64,000 nucleotides of DNA, from the NCBI RefSeq assembly GCF_000007005.1, contig NC_002754.1; one strand, 5' to 3'. Each line of letters opens with the position of its first letter. Position 1 is the first letter of the stretch. A program made the position numbers and the translations under genes. A model generated the notes under the pieces. That model was not told the origin of the DNA, ran no database searches, and saw only the letters and a program-made list of their open reading frames with translations. Origin of the DNA: Saccharolobus solfataricus P2. Its GTDB lineage: Archaea > Thermoproteota > Thermoprotei_A > Sulfolobales > Sulfolobaceae. This document shows, piece by piece, positions 1-10,910 of this stretch.

Positions 1-1436
1 TGGTGTTTCACCAAATTATTTCATTTGAAAGATATAATATTAGTCCTTTCAAAAAGAGATTGATATAGAGAAAAACAATAAAATTATTATGAAACATAAC
101 ATGTTAAAATAATTTGCAAAAAATATAGCGTACAATTCTAATAATAAGAGGAGAATTCTGAATTTTTCTCACGTGGTGAAAACGACGTGCATAGTCTCCT
201 CTGAACACCGAGAAAGTTAGAGAAGCTTGACGAATGAATCGAAGGACAAAACCTTCTTACACGTGGACTTGAAGTTAAAGAGAAGATGATTCACTAGATT
301 CCACGCAGAATCCAGAACCGTGTAATAGAGGAACAAGAAGATCTTATTACTCAACTTCCTAACATACCTTATCCTTGCCTTCCTAACCTTAAAACCCTCC
401 TCAACTTGCCACCTCAACCTATAGAGTTCAGCCAGTTCATAGGGATCTCCCTCGAAGTTCGTTACGAACATGAAGTGCCTCGGCTTCCCCTTAACGTAAA
501 CCACATCGTAATAATAAAGCCCTTCAAATTCCAAGACCCTATACGCAACGTAAACCTTGTCCTTAACCTCATATCTCTTCTCAACTAATGGAACGTTAGA
601 TAGTTCCTTGAATCCCTTCAAGTTCGACTTTCCTCTCACAATGGTCTTCACGGGCATTTCCTTGATGACCCCTAGGTTCAAGAATCCGGCGTCAGCTACA
701 ACGTAATCTATTTCCATGTATTGGCTTACTTCCCTCACGCTCCTGAGTAGGAACTGTGATGGACTGTCGCTTCTCAAATCTGCTACCTCCACTAGGAGGG
801 GTAACCTTAAGGGATATACGAGGTCCAAGGATCTCATCTTTACTCCTTTTCTCTTCCAGTTGTAGAGTAGAAAGCCCTCTGCTTTTTCTTGTTCCTTTTC
901 TCCCACGGTTAATCCGGTCTCATCTACAGCGACTACGTTGATCTCTCCCTTTACTTCTCTGTAGATTGGGTAGAACTTGAAGGTTCTCTGACCTTTACTA
1001 ATTACTTTCTCGCCTCGTCTTACTACCTTCAAGTAGTATTTTCCTCTGTTTCCGGTTAGCAAGGATGGTGCTGCTTTCACTATTTCCGGGTCTAGATCTT
1101 GAGAGATAACGTTAATATTGTTTGTTGCTAAAGTTATAGCGAGGGACTTCAGCTCCGTTTTGGGTAATATCATGGTTTGCATAACGGAGTTATGGAGTCC
1201 CTCGCTTTAACCTTTTCTTGTTCATCTCGTCCTTCCACCTACTTTCCTCTATTGATAATACTAGACAAATGGTATTACTCTTTATATATAAACTCGTTTT
1301 CTGTTAGTTTCTTCAACAAATATGAAAATTTTTTGCTTCTTGTGTTGAAATAAGCCGATTTTTCTAACTCCGCTCTGATATTTTTCTCTTCCATAGAAAT
1401 TGTATCATTTTGAGTAAAATTGGTGAAACACCACTG
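1..1436 (-). mobile_element. ISC1439-type IS (ISH3/IS4-like), copy 1; first 3 bp lie outside the window
   Basis: Terminal IR (CAG)TGGTGTTTCACCAA at 1 and TTGGTGAAACACCACTG ending at 1436. Near-identical to the complete 1439-bp copies at 37152-38590 and 54955-56393. Confidence 0.95.
217..1182 (-). CDS. ISC1439 DDE transposase
   Basis: 321 aa with VAVDETG, VVADAGF and YRLRWQVEE (Y-x2-R-x3-E) motifs; lies inside the IS. Confidence 0.95.
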   Translation of the reverse strand: MQTMILPKTELKSLAITLATNNINVISQDLDPEIVKAAPSLLTGNRGKYYLKVVRRGEKVISKGQRTFKFYPIYREVKGEINVVAVDETGLTVGEKEQEKAEGFLLYNWKRKGVKMRSLDLVYPLRLPLLVEVADLRSDSPSQFLLRSVREVSQYMEIDYVVADAGFLNLGVIKEMPVKTIVRGKSNLKGFKELSNVPLVEKRYEVKDKVYVAYRVLEFEGLYYYDVVYVKGKPRHFMFVTNFEGDPYELAELYRLRWQVEEGFKVRKARIRYVRKLSNKIFLFLYYTVLDSAWNLVNHLLFNFKSTCKKVLSFDSFVKLL

Positions 1437-1707
1437 GTTCTTTCCTAACTTCATAAATTATATTAGCTAATTCTAATTCCATCTTTCTCATATTTCTAAG
1501 CTGTTCAAGAATTTTTCTTCCTTTTTCTGTTAACTTATACTCGCCATTGTCGTCTTGAATAAGCCCCTCTTCTGCAAGCATTGATATATATTTTTTTGCT
1601 AGCGAGGCGCTAAGATTAACATTTTTCATAATACTAGATATCCTATTAATTTTACTATCTATCGCCTCCAAGATATCACTTATTATATCATCCCTAGTCC
1701 TTCTCAT
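1405..1707 (-). CDS. Small winged-helix DNA-binding protein; C-terminus replaced by IS-derived residues
   Basis: RRTRDDIISDIL...NLS...KKYISML.EEGLI...YKLTEKG wHTH pattern. The last residues PVVFHQFYSK are encoded by the ISC1439 end (1405-1436). Confidence 0.8.
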   Translation of the reverse strand: MRRTRDDIISDILEAIDSKINRISSIMKNVNLSASLAKKYISMLAEEGLIQDDNGEYKLTEKGRKILEQLRNMRKMELELANIIYEVRKEPVVFHQFYSK

Positions 1708-2187
1708 ACATATACTATAACTGTTCGATCATATATATTTTTTATCGTTTGGTATCCCATTAATAAACGATGAGAAACTATGTCGTAAGAACTAGCTGAA
1801 TAGCTGAAACTTTTTCAAATGTAACGTAAAGTTCACACGCGTTCACTGATAATTTTCTGAGGAAGGTTTCGGATCTAATAGGATTTTTAAACGATATATA
1901 ATATTAATCCTTTGTTTCTTAGACTTAATAGAAGCCATTTACCTTCACATAATCCTCAACCCATTCATAAATATTGGAGAAATGGAACTTCTTATGTTTC
2001 GTAGTATTAACTATTCGAGATATTCGCCCGCTCTGTAACATACGGAGTGTATAACTCTATGTTATTACTACTAGGCTTGCAAATCACACAGTTAAATAGA
2101 ACTTATCAACTAAGAGTTCTTGAACTTTTCTCAAACTTAATTTTGGATTATGAGGGAAACTTATAAGGTTTATGGAAAACATTTCTA

Positions 2188-2796
2188 CTAACTTTGACTC
2201 TCCGCTCCTCCCTTTATTTTCTGTAACGTACTTTTAATCTCTTCAGCCTCTTTTTCTCCCCTATATTTACTCACTAACGAAATGAACGCATTTATTTCAT
2301 CCTCAGTCATGGATTCTTGCATAAGCGGGCTTAGCTTAGATAAAAACTCCCTGTACAAATTTTCCAAGACTTCCGTATATTCAGGTAATGTTAAAGCTGG
2401 CATGTCATCTAGTAATGATATTATCGAAGATGAAATGGAGGAAAGTAGATCCTTTAGGACACCCTTAAAGGCTACAGCTTGTTGTTGTTTCTCCATCTTA
2501 CTAATATCCTCTACTTTCTTCTTCAACTCGCTCAAATTTTTAGCTAATCTATACTTGTGAAATTCCAAATTAATAATAGCGTTTCTTACGCTCTTTGACG
2601 CTATGTATCTTATCTCATCCCCGTCTTTTAGAACGTTAATGTAACCTTTTAAGTAAAGGTTCTCAATTGTTTCTTGGATAGTGTTTCTAGATAAGATATA
2701 ACCTAATGCTGATAGTTGTGAATAAGTGGTCCCACTAGGTCCTGCTTGGGCTATTGCAACTAATACTAACCTTTCCCTCTTGCTTAGAAATTCCAT
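2188..2796 (-). CDS. Hypothetical protein with N-terminal winged-helix domain (putative regulator)
   Basis: 202 aa; LSKRERLVLVAI...TYSQL...SRNTIQETIENLYLKGYI wHTH-like N-terminus followed by a helical region. Confidence 0.6.
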   Translation of the reverse strand: MEFLSKRERLVLVAIAQAGPSGTTYSQLSALGYILSRNTIQETIENLYLKGYINVLKDGDEIRYIASKSVRNAIINLEFHKYRLAKNLSELKKKVEDISKMEKQQQAVAFKGVLKDLLSSISSSIISLLDDMPALTLPEYTEVLENLYREFLSKLSPLMQESMTEDEINAFISLVSKYRGEKEAEEIKSTLQKIKGGAESQS

Positions 2797-2847
2797 TTGG
2801 AAATGAATAGTAGTTAAAGATTAAAAAGCTAATAAGGAATATGGAAT

Positions 2848-3819
2848 GTGATAAAGGTTAGCGCACCTGGCAAAATACTTTGGATAGGAAGTTACAGCGT
2901 AGTTTTTGGAGGCATATCACATGTAATAGCAGTTAATAAGAGAGTGAGTTGTAGTTTGAGAGAAATTAAAGAGAAGGATAGTTTAATTTTCCATACTAGT
3001 TATGGGCACTTCAAAAATTCTGGTAATGAGTTAATTAATTCAGTCCTAGATACTTTTAGAGAAAGGCTTTCACAACTTCCTCAAGGTTATGAAATAGATC
3101 TATATAACGATAAGGAGTTTATAATAGATGGTAAAAAAACGGGACTAGGTAGTTCTTCGGCTGCTACAGTTTCCCTTACCGCTTGTCTGTATTACGCTAT
3201 CCACGGCAAACTGGATTTGTTTGAGATACATAAATTGGCACAAATTGCCAACTATAAGAGACAAAAGGGAATTGGTAGTGGGTTTGACATAGCTTCAGCT
3301 GTTTTTGGTAGCATAGTTTACAAGAGATTTACTGATTTAGATAAGATGGACTTCTATTTCGAAAAACTCAATTTGGGAAATTACGATATGATGCTTGGAT
3401 TTACGGGAAAGAGTTCTGAAACCGTGGGTTTGGTTAGGAAATTTGTAGAGAAGAGTAATTTGGATGATTTTAAGGAAATAATGAGGCTTATAGATGAGGA
3501 GAATTATATGGCAATCAAACTCATAAAATTGAATAAGCTTGACGAGGCTGTGGAGCACATAAAGTTAGGAAGGAAGTATTTGAATTATATAGCTGAGCGT
3601 ATTGTTGGTGTTAAACTGGTAAGTAAAATGGAGGAGGAGTTGATAAAAATAGCAGAAGAGGAAGGTGCGTTAGTAGCCTTATCTCCTGGGGCAGGTGGGG
3701 GAGATTCAATTTTTGCATTAGGCAATGATTTAAATAGGGTAAGGGAGGCGTGGAGTAAAAGAGGTATTTTCATAATTGATGTGAAAGAAGACGAGGGATT
3801 AAGGCTCGAATCTAACTAA
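2848..3819 (+). CDS. pmk: Phosphomevalonate kinase (GHMP kinase)
   Basis: [21 protein letters not shown] and PGAGGGD motifs; convergent with diphosphomevalonate decarboxylase. Confidence 0.9.
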   Translation: MIKVSAPGKILWIGSYSVVFGGISHVIAVNKRVSCSLREIKEKDSLIFHTSYGHFKNSGNELINSVLDTFRERLSQLPQGYEIDLYNDKEFIIDGKKTGLGSSSAATVSLTACLYYAIHGKLDLFEIHKLAQIANYKRQKGIGSGFDIASAVFGSIVYKRFTDLDKMDFYFEKLNLGNYDMMLGFTGKSSETVGLVRKFVEKSNLDDFKEIMRLIDEENYMAIKLIKLNKLDEAVEHIKLGRKYLNYIAERIVGVKLVSKMEEELIKIAEEEGALVALSPGAGGGDSIFALGNDLNRVREAWSKRGIFIIDVKEDEGLRLESN

Positions 3820-3823
3820 ATTT

Positions 3824-4801
3824 TCATTCTCTACTTAATACTTTTGGTCCATCTCCTACTTTAGATACTATTATTCTCTTTATTTCTAGAGATTTTAAGA
3901 ATTCTAAAATATCTCCTATATTTCTTTCTGTAGTAAAAATGTGAGGATTTGGTCCAGCATCAAATGTATAACCAGCCTTCCCATAATCATGTATCCATTC
4001 CATAATCCTTATGGAAGTATCGTTTAAGTAAAAGAAGGATGGCCAACTATCCAATATTACTGCGTGCATACTATTACTATGTCTCATCATAAGATAGTAG
4101 AATTTCTTCTCATCCCTATTCCTTATAGCCTCAATAACTTCATTAAATGTCTTCTCAATGTATTTAAGCCTACATTCCATTAGTTCTGAAGTTTCAGCTG
4201 ATCTTATCATACCCTTTCTAGAAGAGATTTTCTTTTCTTTCTCACTTAATATAGGAATAATATCCACTAATTCACTCCAATAGTCATGCCGGAAGATTTG
4301 ATAACAATAAGAATCCTCTCCATCTTCTCTCTCCCCCTTATTCCATACTACAAATCCTCCAAACATACTTCTACATGCACTTCCAGATCCCAGTCTAGCT
4401 ATTTTGGAAAGCTCTTCGGATTTGAGGTTTAACTCCAGTAACTCATTTAGACTAAAGGCTAACGCTGCAATCCCTGCTGCAGAAGACGCTAATCCCGCAT
4501 TAATAGGAAATTTTGACTTTGACTCAACTTTAACGTGAAATTCCTTGCCAACGATTTTCTTAAAGGTATCCAAGACCCTTCCAGCATACTCTTTCATTTC
4601 ATCTTCTGATAAGATCCTATCGTTAACTATTACAATATTCTTATCGTTTAAGGTTACTTTGGTAATCACTGATAACTGATCATCTAAAGTAATCGATAAT
4701 GAGTTGTTGAGCGGTAAATTTAGTCTTTCATCTCCCCTTTTTCCCCAGTACTTTACAACGGCTATATTTGACGGTGCAGAAACTGTTACAGACTTTAACA
4801 C
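3824..4801 (-). CDS. mvd: Diphosphomevalonate decarboxylase
   Basis: [27 protein letters not shown] and YTFDAGPN motifs. Confidence 0.95.
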
Positions 4802-4819
4802 GATTGTAAGAATACTCCA

Positions 4820-5503
4820 TTACTTATTAACTTTAACTAGCTCATATAATTCCTTTTTAGACACTTCATTACCCTTTTTAAATATTCCCTTCTTGCTGAT
4901 TGAAATATTATCTATTATTATCTCGTTATCGTTCTCAATTCTTAAACCCAGATCAATTAGTTTCTCGATTAAGTCTAAATCCCTTATTCCATAATATTTA
5001 AGGAGAAGCAAAGCTCTCATGTCTTTAACCTTTCTAATTCTGCCTAAATTGAACGGCTCTAAATTAACCTTTTCGAGAATTAGACTTAAATAATACGTTG
5101 CCTCTAAACTCTTTCCATCTATAAATGTGAATCCATTAATTGTCCATATTCTAACGTAATCCTTAAATACGTCAACCTTAGAGTAAGGAAGTTTAGTAGC
5201 TTCTAGCTTATCTAAAATTTCCCTCTTAGAGGGTATATTATGGAATTCTATGCCAAATCTAGTAGTATATAATTCCTCTGATTCTTCTAGAATATCTTCC
5301 ATATCTTTTATGTATAGATTCGATAAATTTAAAATAATATTCCTTCTTATGGCTCTAATACTAACCTTGTTATGAAGAAACTCAACCTTGTAATTATATG
5401 CCTTTATATTGTATTTTCTTAGTATCTTGACTAAATCGTTTAGTACGTTATCATCGCTACAATCTGTACGTATAATGTATTTGTCAATAATTACCTTTTC
5501 CAC
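4820..5503 (-). CDS. Hypothetical protein
   Basis: 227-aa ORF with host-like composition, 18 bp upstream of mvd on the same strand. Confidence 0.7.
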   Translation of the reverse strand: MEKVIIDKYIIRTDCSDDNVLNDLVKILRKYNIKAYNYKVEFLHNKVSIRAIRRNIILNLSNLYIKDMEDILEESEELYTTRFGIEFHNIPSKREILDKLEATKLPYSKVDVFKDYVRIWTINGFTFIDGKSLEATYYLSLILEKVNLEPFNLGRIRKVKDMRALLLLKYYGIRDLDLIEKLIDLGLRIENDNEIIIDNISISKKGIFKKGNEVSKKELYELVKVNK

Positions 5504-5829
5504 AACTGTTCTTAGATAAATTAACCTATATATTAATTATAACAATTCCTCAAGAATGGCGAACGGTAAAAAATATTCAAATATGCTCCATACATAATAT
5601 ATGATATTTAGGGCGCGCACTTTTTAAAGTTTATAATTACTATAATCTCCTCCAAGAGAATTTCCATAAATATTTAAGATCTAAGGTGAATAAAGTAAAT
5701 TTGTGCAAATGCTATTGATTATTTTGTATATATAGTCGTAGCATACTTATTCTGATAGTTCCTTAAAACAAACATTTATTTACTCTATAGGTTATGATAC
5801 TATAGTAATGAAATAACAAGTGAAGAATT

Positions 5830-6393
5830 ATGTCTCTTAACATACTGTTTTTAGAGTTTATACTTGCATCATCTTTCCTATTAATTATTTCGACTGTATT
5901 GCAGTTTTACCTTGAATCTAAACTCCCTGGTTTAACTAAGGATTTAGATAAAGTAGTCTTTTTAGCTAAACTGGGTGCTTTACTATCTCTCATTAAGCTT
6001 CTATCTTCGGATAAGATTTCGGATATTCTTGAGGGCACGATGATTGCCGGTCCACTTAACATTAAAATTGAAGAATTGAAAAACTATATCTCAGCGAATT
6101 GGGATAGCCTCAAGGGTTATATCAGTATATTGAACGAGAAGATTAAGGACGTAGACAGGATAATCTTCTTATCTAAAGAAGTAAGCGTAACAATGTCGCA
6201 TATAGTCAATGAGAACAAAATCTCTTTAGTTCTACTTTTTTGCTCTTCTTTATTTTTATTGTTAAATTTCGTGGGCATTGCCTTCTTATTTTCCGGATTA
6301 GCCTTTGGAATTCTAGCCATAGCAATTGCGTCTAGTTTAAATTGCGTGAAATACGTTGATGAGCTAAAAGACTTTTTCTCTAAATACGCTTGA
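5830..6393 (+). CDS. Hypothetical membrane protein
   Basis: 187 aa with hydrophobic N- and C-terminal segments flanking a helical region. Confidence 0.65.
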   Translation: MSLNILFLEFILASSFLLIISTVLQFYLESKLPGLTKDLDKVVFLAKLGALLSLIKLLSSDKISDILEGTMIAGPLNIKIEELKNYISANWDSLKGYISILNEKIKDVDRIIFLSKEVSVTMSHIVNENKISLVLLFCSSLFLLLNFVGIAFLFSGLAFGILAIAIASSLNCVKYVDELKDFFSKYA

Positions 6394-6631
6394 TATCGTT
6401 AAGAATTAGTATTTTAATATCTGATTTAACTTTACTTTAAATGTGGTATATAGACAGTGTATAAGATGGAAAAAGGGGCTAGTGAATACGCAGTGTGAGA
6501 TAGAGGTTCAAATTAGTGATGATGATGAAGTTTACGTTATAAAAAATGGGATAGTTAAAAGAGTTAAAGGAGAAAACGATATCATACCCTATATAAACAC
6601 CATTTCCCCTGCATTTAGAGCATTAGTGTTA

Positions 6632-7708
6632 TACTTCGTCAGACTTTAAAGAGCAAGATTTATATTTCATGAGTAATACTAAATTGTTATGCCGAAATCC
6701 AGAATGCACGGTATAAGGCTCAACAAGAAACAAGAGGAAGAGAGGAGGATTAACGCTGTAAAAGATGTGAGGAACGGGATGAGTATAAAGGACGTTGCCA
6801 AGAAGTATGACGTCTCCATCTTTACCGTGTACAAGTGGTTGAGGAAAGGTGACCTGAGCGCTAAGCCGAGGAAGGGACCCACGAAACTGAAGGACGAGGA
6901 AAAGCTCGTCCGAATCTTAGAAAAGAGCCCAAGAGATTTCGGCTTGAACTACGATTTCTGGACCTTGAAGCTCATAGCGTATATACTTGACAAGGAATTT
7001 GGGATAAAGTACAACCCGAGGAGTTTAAGCCCAGTCCTCAAGAAATTAGGCTTCAAGTACAAGAAAGGAAAGAGAACTTACGTTAGAGACGATAACGCTG
7101 TAGAAAGGTGGGTGAAGGAACAAGGGGAGAAGCTTTTAAAAAAATAAGAGAAGGGTACAAGGTACACATCTTCGATGAGTCGTACGTGTCCTACATAAAC
7201 AAGGGTAAAGGCTGGATGAAGGTCGGAGGAGGGATAAAGGTCAACCCTAAGAGGAAGAGGTTTGCAGTAGTAGGCGGGATAACGATTAGTAAAGAGGGAA
7301 TAACTTTCTCCTATTCGACATACAAGAAGCCCTCGCTGAACTCAAAAGATATTATACTCTACTTGAGGAAGGTAATAAAGGACGAGAAGACCGTGATAGT
7401 GATGGATAATGCTAGAATACACGGTAATGAAGTGAGGGAATTCCTTGAGGAAAATGGGGTGGAGTTTGTTTATCTGCCGCCTTACTCTCCGGATAAGAGT
7501 CCGGCGGAGGGGCCGTGGGCAGTCCTCAAGAAAAGGCTCTACTCGAAGATTTACACGGACTTCGAGACCTTAATGTGGGATGCAACGAGGTTCCTACGCT
7601 CCATATCCAAGAGAGTAAATGACCTTACGTATAGTGTGAAGAGGTGCGGTGAACCTTGGACGTCAATACTGAGTGAAGTTTTCTTGCCCTTTAAAGTCTG
7701 ACGAAGTA
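6632..7708 (+). mobile_element. IS630-family element (ISC1078-type)
   Basis: IR TACTTCGTCAGACTTTAAAG(A/G)GCAAGA at both ends; TA duplication at 6630-31 and 7709-10; 1077 bp. Confidence 0.9.
6689..7701 (+). CDS. IS630 transposase in two overlapping frames (HTH orfA 6689-7147, DDE orfB to 7701), -1 frameshift
   Basis: orfA has HTH/winged-HTH (WTLKLIA); orfB has IFDES, VMDNA and LPPYSPD..P.EG.W. T4-A7 run at 7134-7144 directly before the orfA stop. Confidence 0.85.
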
Positions 7709-8390
7709 TAAGTAAATTGCCCAATAATATGTCAGAAAACCTTTACAGATTGGTGTACAAAACACAACCATTTGGTGAGATAAGGAAAGTCTCAGATAGG
7801 ACCTATTCCATATGGGGTGGACATTATCCAAGTTTCGTTACTTTCCTAAACTTACCTTCAGAAGTAATAAAATATCTACCACCTTCTAGAATGATTGAGA
7901 TAGACCCGCAATACTATGCCCACATAGAACCTTTATATAAATCAATGGAAAAACACTCAGAATGGGCTAACGATACAGCCTATTTCTATGGAAATCAAGT
8001 TTGCATAGCATTAAGGGGGTGTACTTCCTTTGGAGATGAAGCATATAGTGTAAAAGACATTGATCAGAATTTGAACGTTATAAAACTATGGCTATTTCAC
8101 ATTATACTAGGTTCTGGGACAATTGTGATTAATGGTGGTGTAAAAAGTCTGGAAAAGTTCTTAATGCTAAGATATGACAAAGGATTTGAATTTTTGGAAA
8201 GTAAGGAAGAAGCTGGAAAATTGGAAATAGAGATTAATGATAGGAAAATAAAAATAACGTTAAACGATGATGAGCTATTAAGTTTAGACTATACCTCCTC
8301 TCGTTATATTAAGTTTTCATACCCATTAAGCTGGAAGAGTAGATATTCAATTTCAGATTTTGTATCCTCTTTAAAAATGTGGAAGGGAAG

Positions 8391-9575
8391 TTAAATTACA
8401 GCAAGTATTCCACCAATGAGTATCATTGCAACTGTAATCCAATAAACGAGCATTCTAGTTCTCCCGTACGCATAGTTCATCATCAAATTCTTGTCCTTTA
8501 CTAGCATTCCAATCAACACACATGGAATTACAACTATAAACGGGGCTATCGACATTAAAGTTAGGGCAAAGTTAACAACATTATCGTAATTATTCGTGAA
8601 AAGTAATGTGATTACAAGTGCAGGAATTGACTCAGAAATGTATAGTAGTATAAAGTTGTTAAAACTATTTTTACCTAAGGCTTCTAAAGTCCCCCATGCA
8701 CTTCCTAGAGACTCTACTATTAACGCCAGAAAAGCTGCACAAATTAATCCAATTCCAAATATATAGGGAGAGAAGGGTCCAGAAACTAATGACAGAGCAT
8801 ATGAGATTTCCTTATAGTTTAAAGGGTCCACTGATGGCGAAATTCCAGTAGTAGCCATTTCTATTGCTACCATTATTAATTCTGATACTATTGCTCCAAT
8901 AAGTGTCTCTATGGAGGACCACTTTATCTTAGTCTCTATTGAGGACTCTACGTTTTGGTACTTATAAGAGGTGGCTGAAGTTTGGTAAAATATCATAAAC
9001 GGCATTATTACGGCACCAATATTTGCGGCAACTAAAAACGTAAAGGATTTAGAAGGAGAGAAGTAAAGTACGTTTTCGCCATTTACAATACCCCTTAACA
9101 TTGCTTGAAGTACAAAGGCAACAGCTAAAAGTAAAGATATTGGAAGTAAGAATTTCTCTATTTTCTCGTACTTCCTAGTTGATATTATAACCAGATGGAA
9201 TACAAAGAAAATTGGAAGAGTTATATATGGTGGGATCCCTAATACTAACCCTCCAACCGCTATTCCAACATATTCGACTATGTAAGTAAACACGTCGACT
9301 ACAAACATTGAGAGAGATGCAAGCAACGCTATTTTACCAGAATATCTCTCCCTAATTATCTCGCCAAGACCTTTACCGTTATTTACAGCACCTAATCTTC
9401 CAGCAGCCTCTTGAATAATATATAAGGGAATGGATAAAAGTAGCAATAACCAGATCAGTCTGTATCCGTATTCTTGACCATTTGCTACTCCAGTTAATAC
9501 ACTGGCAGCATCAACATCTGCCATCATTACAATCCATGCCGGACCGAAAAGTCTGATTACCTCTTTAATGCTCAC
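8391..9575 (-). CDS. NRAMP-family divalent metal transporter (DVDAAS variant)
   Basis: Multiple TM segments; MADVDAAS in TM1, GYRLIW, QEAAGRLG, ANIGAVIMP. Confidence 0.85.
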   Translation of the reverse strand: MSIKEVIRLFGPAWIVMMADVDAASVLTGVANGQEYGYRLIWLLLLLSIPLYIIQEAAGRLGAVNNGKGLGEIIRERYSGKIALLASLSMFVVDVFTYIVEYVGIAVGGLVLGIPPYITLPIFFVFHLVIISTRKYEKIEKFLLPISLLLAVAFVLQAMLRGIVNGENVLYFSPSKSFTFLVAANIGAVIMPFMIFYQTSATSYKYQNVESSIETKIKWSSIETLIGAIVSELIMVAIEMATTGISPSVDPLNYKEISYALSLVSGPFSPYIFGIGLICAAFLALIVESLGSAWGTLEALGKNSFNNFILLYISESIPALVITLLFTNNYDNVVNFALTLMSIAPFIVVIPCVLIGMLVKDKNLMMNYAYGRTRMLVYWITVAMILIGGILAVI

Positions 9576-9692
9576 ATTATAATCTCGTTATACTCAGTAT
9601 ATATATTCTTTACGCCTAATCGTAAATGTATATGTTTGTTTATGATGAAACAAAGCTTCACTTTAAATTCTTAAAATCATAATATATCTCTC

Positions 9693-10847
9693 ATGAGTAT
9701 AAAAAAGATAGGTGTAGTTGGAGCAGGAACAATGGGTCACGGAATTGCGGAAGTTTCAGCACTAGCTAACTATAATGTGAGTGTAGTAGATATATCTTGG
9801 GATTTTTTAAATAGGGCAAAGGAGAGGATAATGGAATCATTAAACAAGTTTTACGAAAAGGGACAAATAAAGGAAAAACCAGAAGATATAATGAAAAGAA
9901 TTGAATTTTCAACTTCTTATGATGTAATGCGAGATGCGGATTTTGTTATAGAGGCGGTACCTGAAATTATAGAGCTCAAAAGAAAGGTATTTGAGACGTT
10001 AGATAGTATAACCCCTTCACATACATTTTTAGCCTCAAACACTTCATCAATCCCTATATCAACTATAGCTGAAGTAACCAAGAGGAAGGAGAAAATAATC
10101 GGAATGCACTTCTTTAATCCCCCACCAATTATGAAGTTAGTAGAGATAGTTCCTAGTAAGTACACTTCTGACGAGACCATTGAAGTCACCATAGATTTAG
10201 CTAAAAAGATGAACAAAATACCAGTTAAGCTCAAGGTTGAAGTACCAGGTTTTGTTAGCAATAGAATATTTCTGAGATTAATGCAAGAGGCTTGCAGGGA
10301 GGTTGAAGATGGTGAAGCAACCATTGAGGAAGTTGATAGTGCAGCTAGGAATGGGCTCAAGTTACCCATGGGCATCTTTGAACTATCAGACTATGTGGGA
10401 ATAGATGTTGCGGTGGATTTATGGAACGTGATAGTTAGTAGCGGTACTGCTCAAGATGTAAAGTGTGAAATGTATAAGAGGAAGTTTGAGGCTAAAGAAT
10501 TAGGTGTTAAGACTGGGAAGGGATTCTATAATTATCCAGCTCCCGGGAAATATAGGAAAGTTGAATTACAAGTAACAAGTAAAGTTGACCCAGCTAGACT
10601 AATATCTTTAGCAGTAAATGAGGGAGCTTGGCTAATACAAAATGGTATAGTGAATGCTAAAGATATAGACACTGTAATGATCTATGGCTTCAATTTCCCT
10701 AAGGGTTTAATGGAAATCGCTGATGAATTAGGTATAAGGAATATTTACAACCATCTAGTTGATATTTATTCAAAGGGATATGTAGCGTATAGGCCTAATA
10801 GTTTGATTGAGGAGTTAATAAATACAAGTAAAGGTTTCTATATGTGA
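9693..10847 (+). CDS. 3-hydroxyacyl-CoA dehydrogenase
   Basis: [26 protein letters not shown] and PGFVSNR motifs; duplicated C-terminal dimerisation domain. Confidence 0.9.
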   Translation: MSIKKIGVVGAGTMGHGIAEVSALANYNVSVVDISWDFLNRAKERIMESLNKFYEKGQIKEKPEDIMKRIEFSTSYDVMRDADFVIEAVPEIIELKRKVFETLDSITPSHTFLASNTSSIPISTIAEVTKRKEKIIGMHFFNPPPIMKLVEIVPSKYTSDETIEVTIDLAKKMNKIPVKLKVEVPGFVSNRIFLRLMQEACREVEDGEATIEEVDSAARNGLKLPMGIFELSDYVGIDVAVDLWNVIVSSGTAQDVKCEMYKRKFEAKELGVKTGKGFYNYPAPGKYRKVELQVTSKVDPARLISLAVNEGAWLIQNGIVNAKDIDTVMIYGFNFPKGLMEIADELGIRNIYNHLVDIYSKGYVAYRPNSLIEELINTSKGFYM

Positions 10848-10910
10848 GTTTTTTCCTATCATAACTTCCAGTGAGTTAAAGGAGGAGAAAATCTCATTTC
10901 TTTGGTATGT

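Larger units (their letters stand above)
6443..8394 (+). pseudogene. Hypothetical ~290-aa gene split by ISC1078
   Basis: Removing 6632-7710 joins ...GCA TTA GTG TTA to AGT AAA TTG CCC AAT (ALVL|SKLPNN), fusing ORFs 6443..6649 and 7717..8394 in frame. Confidence 0.85.

Noticed and set aside
98-105. AACATGTT octamer inside the ISC1439 right end (also 38483-90)
   Set aside because: Not followed by a TATA at the 11-bp spacing seen in the two credible sites; likely chance.
406-941. Short ORFs antisense to ISC1439 transposases (also 37235..37420, 37608..37832, 55450..55635, 55803..55985)
   Set aside because: Shadow frames repeated only because the IS is repeated; no motifs.
1708-2187. 480-bp intergenic region with short inverted repeats (ATCGTTT/AAACGAT; AAGAGTTC-TT-GAACTTTT)
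   Set aside because: Stems are short and AT-rich; no convincing ORF or RNA motif.
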